NCBI GenBank assembly: GCA_963702425.1
Contig: CAVPCQ010000032.1
Coordinates: 64,001 to 128,000, forward strand
Direction: 5' to 3'
DNA: 64,000 nucleotides
Source: an uncultured Acidobacteriota bacterium
Lineage (GTDB): Bacteria; Acidobacteriota; Polarisedimenticolia; J045
Position numbers and translations under genes: made by a program. The notes under the pieces were generated by a model that saw only the letters and a list, made by a program, of their open reading frames with translations, was not told the DNA's origin and ran no database searches. Positions 58,376 to 64,000 of the stretch are shown here, one piece after another; positions within the stretch are counted from its first letter, which is position 1; every line of letters begins with the position of its first letter.

Positions 58376-58714
58376 GTGGGTACTCTCGACTGGCTCAAGG
58401 CATTCACGGGCCGCGCAGTCCGTCCTGTGTCCTTCCGCGGAAGTCGCCTTGGGGGAGTCCGTTTTGAAGGTGGTGACGGTGAGACCATCACCACGGCCGT
58501 TGTTGTTCGCGGCGCTGACTCCGACCTGGCGGGGACCTACAGTGAGTTCGCGTGGCTCGTACGCAAGTACGGGGAGAAGGAAAAGGACTGGAAGCTGCTC
58601 GCGCACTCTCACGGACAGCACGAGGGTCGAGACATCGACACATTCGAGATCGAGCTCAAGAGCGGGGTTCGCCTGTGCGTGTACTTTGACTGTACCGAGT
58701 CATTCGGTAGGTGA
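58376..58714 (+). CDS. small hypothetical protein (possible integron cassette gene)
   Basis: GGDGETITTAVVV...EFAWL...GRDIDTFEI...YFDCTESFG; lower GC; followed by an attC R''-like GCCTAAC. Confidence 0.6.
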   Translation: MGTLDWLKAFTGRAVRPVSFRGSRLGGVRFEGGDGETITTAVVVRGADSDLAGTYSEFAWLVRKYGEKEKDWKLLAHSHGQHEGRDIDTFEIELKSGVRLCVYFDCTESFGR

Positions 58715-58792
58715 GATCACTGGCCAGAGGCTGCATCGGACTCTAGATACAGCCTGGGAAGAGGCTTCAAGATCGCGTGCCGCCTAACTTCG

Positions 58793-60006
58793 TATCTGGA
58801 CTCCTCCCGCAAGCCCTCCGGTAACGAACTGGCCCCTCAGTGATCGATCTCAACGGAGAGACGATCTGACTGCAGTCGTATCTCTGGCTTTTGCCGTACC
58901 GCGGTAGCTCTCTCCGGAACGCCAGACCGCCCACAGGACGCGGGCCAGTTTGTTCGCCAGCGCCGTGGCCGCCTTGTTGTGTCCGCGCCGGGCCTCGACT
59001 CGCAAGACCCAGCGGCGGAGTGTGTCGGGGGACTTCATCGTCTTCGAGCTGAGCAGAACCACTCGGGCCCCGTGGATCAGCAGCATCCGGATGTAGGTGT
59101 CGCCCCGCTTGCTGATCGCGCCGAGGCGCCGGACCTGGCCCGATGACCGCTCCCGGGGGGTCAAGCCGCGGTAGCTCGCAAAGTGCCTGCCCGAGGGGAA
59201 GCGCTCGACATCACCGACGAAGGCGACGAGGGTCGTCCCGCTCAGCAGGCCGACGCCGGGCACGCTCATCAGCCGCCGCACCAGCGCCGATTGCCGCGCG
59301 TGCGCCCGCAGGTCCCGCTCGATCGCCCCGATCCGCTGCTCCAGCTCGTGGATTTCGGCGCACAAGGCGGCCAGGACGTCCCGCAGCGGCAGCGTCAGGG
59401 GCGCGTCGGCGTCGCTGAGCAGTTCCTGAACCCGCGGTACGACCTTCCCCGCGCCGATCGGGATCACGAACCCGAGCTCGCGCAGCACTCCACGCACCGT
59501 GTTGATCCGCGCCGTTCGTGTCGCCATCCACCCCGATCGGATCCGATGGAACGCGGTCAGCGCCTGCTGCTCTTCCGACTTGACCGGCACCGGCTCGATG
59601 TCGTCGTTCCGCAGCGCCTCCAGAATGCCCTTGGCGTCGGTCCGGTCGGTCTTGTTGCGGGTGATGTAGGGCCGGACCGCGTGCGGCGGCAGCAGCAGGA
59701 CCCGGTGCCCGGCGGCCTCGATCCGCCGGCCCCAGTAGTGCGCGCTGCCACACGCCTCCATCGCCACCGTCGCTTGCGCCCGCCCGTGGAAGAATTGCTC
59801 GAACTTCGTCCGGGTTAGCCGGTGTCGTTCGGAGACCCGACCCGGGTGGGCCGACACCGCGACTTCGAAGACCGACTTGGCCACGTCCACGGCGATCGTT
59901 GCGTTACAATCCACGGCGGACTCCTCCTTGGGCGGTACACCCAGTGCACGATGACTTTGGCACGATCGATGCCGCGTTCGGTCATCGGGAGGAGTCCATT
60001 GCGTCA
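58793..60006 (-). mobile_element. IS110 family, IS1111-type element
   Basis: Sub-terminal IRs CTGGACTCCTCCC (58796-58808) and GGGAGGAGTCCAT (59987-59999); exact ends approximate. Confidence 0.8.
58850..59914 (-). CDS. IS110 family transposase
   Basis: AVDVAK, MEACG, KTDRTDA (DEDD), SVPGVG, GLTPRERSSG, ISKRGD, ALANKLAR. Confidence 0.92.
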   Translation of the reverse strand: MDCNATIAVDVAKSVFEVAVSAHPGRVSERHRLTRTKFEQFFHGRAQATVAMEACGSAHYWGRRIEAAGHRVLLLPPHAVRPYITRNKTDRTDAKGILEALRNDDIEPVPVKSEEQQALTAFHRIRSGWMATRTARINTVRGVLRELGFVIPIGAGKVVPRVQELLSDADAPLTLPLRDVLAALCAEIHELEQRIGAIERDLRAHARQSALVRRLMSVPGVGLLSGTTLVAFVGDVERFPSGRHFASYRGLTPRERSSGQVRRLGAISKRGDTYIRMLLIHGARVVLLSSKTMKSPDTLRRWVLRVEARRGHNKAATALANKLARVLWAVWRSGESYRGTAKARDTTAVRSSLR

Positions 60007-60081
60007 TAGCAGCTGTCGGGCGGCCCGGAGGCTTGCGCGAGCAGAATGAACGTGGGGCCGCTCGCAGCTGAACGCAACTTA

Positions 60082-61371
60082 GGGTTCGTAACGAAATAAC
60101 TTGACTAGACATCCATTCTGTTCGACCATGGCGGCATGGGAGCCGAGCAGGGGATTCGAGCGAAGTACCGCGCGCTGCTGCCGGCAATGGACGAGCGTCA
60201 CCGGCGTCTGTGGGCCGGTACGGAGGCTAGGGCTCTGGGGCGGGGGGGCATTGCGGTGGTCGCCCGCGCGACCGGCCTGGCGCGCAATACGGTCGTTCGC
60301 GGGCTCGCGGAATTGGCGCAGAAGAAACCGCTGTCTCCCGATCGGGTGCGACGTCCGGGAGCGGGGCGGAAGCGGACGACCTTGCTGGCCCCGGGACTGG
60401 CCACGGCCTTGGAAGAACTGGTGGAGCCCGTGACGCGCGGGGATCCGGAATCGCCGTTGCGCTGGACCAGCAAGAGTACGCGACACCTGGCCGAGGAACT
60501 GAAGGCCCAGGGCTACGAGGTCAGCCATGCGTTGGTGGCCGGACTGCTGCACGACCTGGAATACAGCCTGCAGGCAAACCGGAAGACGCTGGAGGGAACC
60601 GCTCATCCGGATCGGAATGCGCAGTTCGAGCACATCAATGAGCGTGTCAAGAGCCAGTTGAAGCAGGGCCAGCCGGCGGTTTCAGTGGACACCAAGAAGA
60701 AGGAACTGGTCGGGCGGTTCAAGAACGCAGGGCAGGCGTGGCGGCCGCAGGGGAAGCCGGAGAGAGTGAAGGTCCATGACTTCTTGGAACCCGAGAACGG
60801 CAAGGCGATCCCCTATGGCGTGTACGATCTTGGTCGCAACCTCGGCTGGGTCAGCGTGGGGGTGAACCACGACACGGCCGCCTTCGCCGTGGCCACGATC
60901 CGGCGCTGGTGGCGCGAACTGGGACGTCAGCACTACCCTCGCGCCACGTCGCTCCTCATCACCGTTGACAGTGGCGGGAGCAACGGTTCCCGACTCCGCC
61001 TCTGGAAATGGGAGCTCCAGAAACTCGCCCGGCAGACGGGACTGGTCATTTCGGTCTGTCATCTCCCGCCGGGGACCAGCAAGTGGAACAAGATCGAGCA
61101 TCGTCTGTTCTCGTTCATCTCGCAGAACTGGCGCGGCCAGCCGCTGTTGACGCATGCCGCCATCGTGAGCCTCATCGCGGCCACGCGAACCCAGGCGGGC
61201 CTCAAGGTCCGTTGCGTTCTCGACACTCGCGAGTATTCCAAGGGGCTGAGGCCTACCGACGAACAGATGGCCGCCATCAACCTGAAACCGGATCCATTCC
61301 ACGGGGACTGGAACTACACCATCCTCCCTCGCGGGAAATCACAACTAGTCACCTAATTTCGTTACAAGCCC
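60082..61371 (+). mobile_element. ISAzo13 family insertion sequence
   Basis: Terminal IRs GGGTTCGTAACGAAATAACTTGACTAG / CTAGTCACCTAATTTCGTTACAAGCCC; 3-bp TTA direct repeats at 60079-60081 and 61372-61374. Confidence 0.9.
60136..61356 (+). CDS. ISAzo13 family transposase
   Basis: RGDPESPLRWTSKS, SVDTKKKELVG, DSGGSNG, PPGTSKWNKIEHRLFS. Confidence 0.93.
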   Translation: MGAEQGIRAKYRALLPAMDERHRRLWAGTEARALGRGGIAVVARATGLARNTVVRGLAELAQKKPLSPDRVRRPGAGRKRTTLLAPGLATALEELVEPVTRGDPESPLRWTSKSTRHLAEELKAQGYEVSHALVAGLLHDLEYSLQANRKTLEGTAHPDRNAQFEHINERVKSQLKQGQPAVSVDTKKKELVGRFKNAGQAWRPQGKPERVKVHDFLEPENGKAIPYGVYDLGRNLGWVSVGVNHDTAAFAVATIRRWWRELGRQHYPRATSLLITVDSGGSNGSRLRLWKWELQKLARQTGLVISVCHLPPGTSKWNKIEHRLFSFISQNWRGQPLLTHAAIVSLIAATRTQAGLKVRCVLDTREYSKGLRPTDEQMAAINLKPDPFHGDWNYTILPRGKSQLVT

Positions 61372-61394
61372 TTAGGCGCCCGGAAGGTCACGCC

Positions 61395-62225
61395 ATGCAG
61401 GATCTTGAAGAGAGGGTAGTCGGGCTCCTGATCGGTTTGGCGGCAGGGGACAAGATTGGTGGACCGGTCCGGATGGCCCTCCGAGTTGCCGAGAGTCTCC
61501 GCGATTGTGGCGGCCTCGATGTGTCCGATCTGGGAATGCGCTACCTCGACTGGTGGCGTGAGGGTGCATTCGATACCGGACCTACGGTCGCGCTGGTCCT
61601 GAGGCTGGTCGAATCCGGAGTCCTATTCGAGCAGGCTGTCATTCGAGTCGACGAAAAAGCCGGGGGCATGACGGCTGGCTGTAATCCCGCGCATCGAAAC
61701 GCCCCGTTGGCCATGTGTGCGTCGATCGAGGATTCCGGGCTGGACCGGGCGGCGAATGCAGAGGCGCGACTCACCCACAAACACCCGCTTGCCGGTGACG
61801 TCGCTTCCGCAGTCTCGTGTCTTTGTCGTGCGCTGATTCGCGGCCTGCCGTGGTCAGTTGCTCTCCGCGTAGCCGCTGAGGGCCGGAGTCCAGAGACCCG
61901 CCGCGCTCTCGACATCCCAGCTTTCGAAGGGCTCTCGCGGACCGGTTTCGCTCCAGACGTGTTGGGCGCGGCCATCTATTTCACGAATTCGTCAGCTTCT
62001 TTCTCGACCGCGCTCGCCCGATCGATCGACTTCGCCGGTCCGGCCAACTACTGCCCTGTGCTTGTCGGTAGCATTGGGGGTGCGCGGTGGGGGCGCTCCC
62101 GAATCGACGACAACTCGCTTCACCACCATGAGAACTTGGTGCCACGATTGAATTCAGCAGCGGTCGCTCTCGCGAATGGGTGGCAGGATGTTGAAGCATA
62201 CCAACATGAGAGGTCGGACATCTAG
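61395..62225 (+). CDS. ADP-ribosylglycohydrolase family protein (cassette-like)
   Basis: GLLIGLAAGD, FDTGPTV, ARLTHKHP, VGSIGGARWG; canonical TDD motif not seen. Confidence 0.75.
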   Translation: MQDLEERVVGLLIGLAAGDKIGGPVRMALRVAESLRDCGGLDVSDLGMRYLDWWREGAFDTGPTVALVLRLVESGVLFEQAVIRVDEKAGGMTAGCNPAHRNAPLAMCASIEDSGLDRAANAEARLTHKHPLAGDVASAVSCLCRALIRGLPWSVALRVAAEGRSPETRRALDIPAFEGLSRTGFAPDVLGAAIYFTNSSASFSTALARSIDFAGPANYCPVLVGSIGGARWGRSRIDDNSLHHHENLVPRLNSAAVALANGWQDVEAYQHERSDI

Positions 62226-62273
62226 CAATGGCATTCAGCTGCCGGCGCTGCGCGCCGCAGGTGATGCCAAGCG
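62220..62273 (+). other. degenerate attC-like site
   Basis: ATCTAGC-AATG-GCATTCAGCTGCCGGCGCTGCGCGCCGCAGGTGATGCC hairpin overlapping the stop codon; R' box missing. Confidence 0.5.
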
Positions 62274-62279
62274 CCGCCT

Positions 62280-63920
62280 TCACGACGGCGGCCGCAACCG
62301 CAGCGGCGTCACGTAGCGCAGGGGCAGCCTGCGCGCCTTCAGCCAGTCGAGAACCTCTTCCTGCGGCCGCGGCGAGGCGAAGATCCAGAAGCGGTCCTCG
62401 CCGACGTCGGGAACCTCGACGCAGTAGACCAGGATGCCGTCCCTGGCCCACGGCATGACGGGCTGCGGAACCTGCGGCGGCAGGAAGGGCCGCCGGAAGA
62501 AGAAGTCGTTGTAGATGTCCGCGAACATCACCCGACGCGCGACGATGTCCTCCCAGCTCGCGCGGCGCCGGTGATAGAGCACCTGGTCGCGATCGAACGG
62601 CCGGCTGGCAATCTCGGGATCGTTCAGTCCCCAGACGTCGAGATGCCACGCTCCGCTGACGTAGGGAAGCGCACCGGCCCAGCCGATCGCGATCCGGTCT
62701 GCGGGCGAAAGATAGCGCGCCAGCGCACGCCCCTGGCGGAGCATCTCGTCGGCCTGGGCTTTCATGTTGCCGGTCGAAGCGACCGCGCCGAAGCCGCGGA
62801 ACGGGCGCACCAGCGTGGCGGCCTGCGAGGCGACGAGCGCCGCGGCGAGGACCACGGCGAGCGCCGTGCGACGACGCGGGACACGAGCCGCGAGCGCGTC
62901 GATCCCGGCGACGGAGAGCAGGGCCAGTGCCGGGAGCAGCGGCACGAAGAAACGGAACTCCCACGCGTCCCCGCCGACCGCGACGACCCACGCCGTCAGC
63001 GCCAGCGCCTGCGCCGCGAGCGCCGCTGCCAGCGGCCGGCGACGCGCGGTGCCGATCACGCCCACGACCGCCAGGGGAAGCCAGAGCCAGGCGTGGGTCT
63101 GGAGCAGGAACTGGCCGAGATAGCGCGCTCCCTCGTCGAGCTGCAGACCGCCGACCTTGGCGTAGAAGGTGTTCGGGAGCGGGCGCCCGAAGTAGGCGAC
63201 GCGGAAGAGCACGAGCCCCGCCAGCAGCACGGCGTGGCTCGCGCCCGACACCGCGACGACGCGCCACGCGTCGCGCGAGCGTCGGACCGTCGCGAGACCC
63301 AGACCCGCCGCCAGGTGCATCAGCGGCATCTCGGGACGCAGCAGGGTCGCAACGAAGAAGAGCAGCCCACTGACCCAGGGCCGGCGGCCGGTCCCGCTCC
63401 CATCTCCCACCTCGCGGGCCATCCGGATCGTCGCCGCGAGGGCGACGACCGTGGCCGCGGTGGTCTCCATCGCCGAAACGCCCCAGACGACCCACTGGCG
63501 CCCCAGCGCCAGCGACAGCGCCGCGGCGACGGCGAGCCAGGCTGGCAGCCCGAGGTCTCGCTCCCCGGTGCGCGTCACCAGCCACAACCCGGCGAGAGCG
63601 GCGACCAGCCCCGCGAGCTGCGAGACGACGAGGGGGTCGAGTCCCGCGGCGATCGCGCCGGCGTTCATCAGCATCCAGCCGGGCGAAGTGCTCCCCTCCA
63701 CCCGGACCGGTTCGACCGTGTTCCAGACGATCCCGTGCCCGGCCGCGACGTTGGATGCGTAGCGCAGCGTGATGAAGGTGTCGTCGTTGTACCAGCGCCT
63801 CGGCCAGGCGACCGCCACGAGCAGGATGAGCACGGCGACGAGCGCGAACACCGCCGGCAGCCGGCGCCCTCTGGGGGAGGACGCCGAACTCGGCACCGAG
63901 GAGGAGGACGGGGCGCTCAT
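62280..63920 (-). CDS. polytopic membrane protein, GT-C / arabinofuranosyltransferase-like
   Basis: DDTFITLRYASN, VEGSTSPGW, MET, RPE, PLPNTFYAK, RFFVP, DVWGLND; multiple TM helices. Confidence 0.75.
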   Translation of the reverse strand: MSAPSSSSVPSSASSPRGRRLPAVFALVAVLILLVAVAWPRRWYNDDTFITLRYASNVAAGHGIVWNTVEPVRVEGSTSPGWMLMNAGAIAAGLDPLVVSQLAGLVAALAGLWLVTRTGERDLGLPAWLAVAAALSLALGRQWVVWGVSAMETTAATVVALAATIRMAREVGDGSGTGRRPWVSGLLFFVATLLRPEMPLMHLAAGLGLATVRRSRDAWRVVAVSGASHAVLLAGLVLFRVAYFGRPLPNTFYAKVGGLQLDEGARYLGQFLLQTHAWLWLPLAVVGVIGTARRRPLAAALAAQALALTAWVVAVGGDAWEFRFFVPLLPALALLSVAGIDALAARVPRRRTALAVVLAAALVASQAATLVRPFRGFGAVASTGNMKAQADEMLRQGRALARYLSPADRIAIGWAGALPYVSGAWHLDVWGLNDPEIASRPFDRDQVLYHRRRASWEDIVARRVMFADIYNDFFFRRPFLPPQVPQPVMPWARDGILVYCVEVPDVGEDRFWIFASPRPQEEVLDWLKARRLPLRYVTPLRLRPPS

Positions 63921-64000
63921 CGCGGATTCGTGACGGAGCGGGCGGGCATTCGGCGACGCACCGGACCGGGTCAGGACCCGGACCTCAGCCTGGCCGTATA

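Larger units (their letters stand above)
58782..61377 (+). other. integron attC-like site interrupted by two IS elements
   Basis: GCCTAAC (58782) [IS110] GCAGCTGTCGGGCGGCCC...GGGCCGCTCGCAGCTGAAC [ISAzo13] TTAGGC: imperfect palindrome with an extrahelical T. Confidence 0.65.

Noticed and set aside
59958-59973. sigma54-like TGGCAC-GATCG-ATGC
   Set aside because: Lies within the IS110 left-end region and points out of the element; more likely part of the IS end structure.
1-64000. rRNA, tRNA or CRISPR arrays
   Set aside because: None recognised by eye; a covariance-model scan would be needed to exclude small RNAs.

Overview
GC-rich bacterial window, mostly accessory DNA. (1) 1-18.7 kb, minus strand: an extracellular contractile injection system (eCIS, Afp/PVC-like) operon running off the left edge, with a consensus sigma54 promoter and an adjacent sigma54 activator. 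(2) 19-37.3 kb: two DUF4157 'eCIS core' proteins with different C-termini (one has a transglutaminase-like C-H-N/D triad), a TIR + nSTAND NTPase pair, a trypsin-like protease + M15 peptidase pair, a TIR-FGE protein, two DUF4062/TIR-like proteins and several IS remnants. (3) 40.2-45.4 kb, the main finding: a four-gene RiPP-like operon. A subtilisin (S8) protease carries a C-terminal tail of 13 consecutive (S/T)-X4-C units and is followed by an APH-type kinase, a HopA1-like lyase and a LanC cyclase. The LanC ends in a copy of the protease's own propeptide (27/70 identities by hand alignment). This looks like a lanthipeptide system whose precursor is fused to its protease, with a cyclase that may dock on or inhibit that protease. 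(4) 46-58 kb: outer-membrane proteins, a PerR/Fur - di-heme peroxidase - Tat phosphoesterase - cytochrome c operon, and phhA-hppD-hmgA plus an acyl-CoA ligase. (5) 58.4-62.3 kb: an integron-cassette remnant with one attC-like site hit by both an IS1111-type IS110 and an ISAzo13, then a GT-C-like membrane protein. All assignments come from reading motifs by eye; no searches were run.
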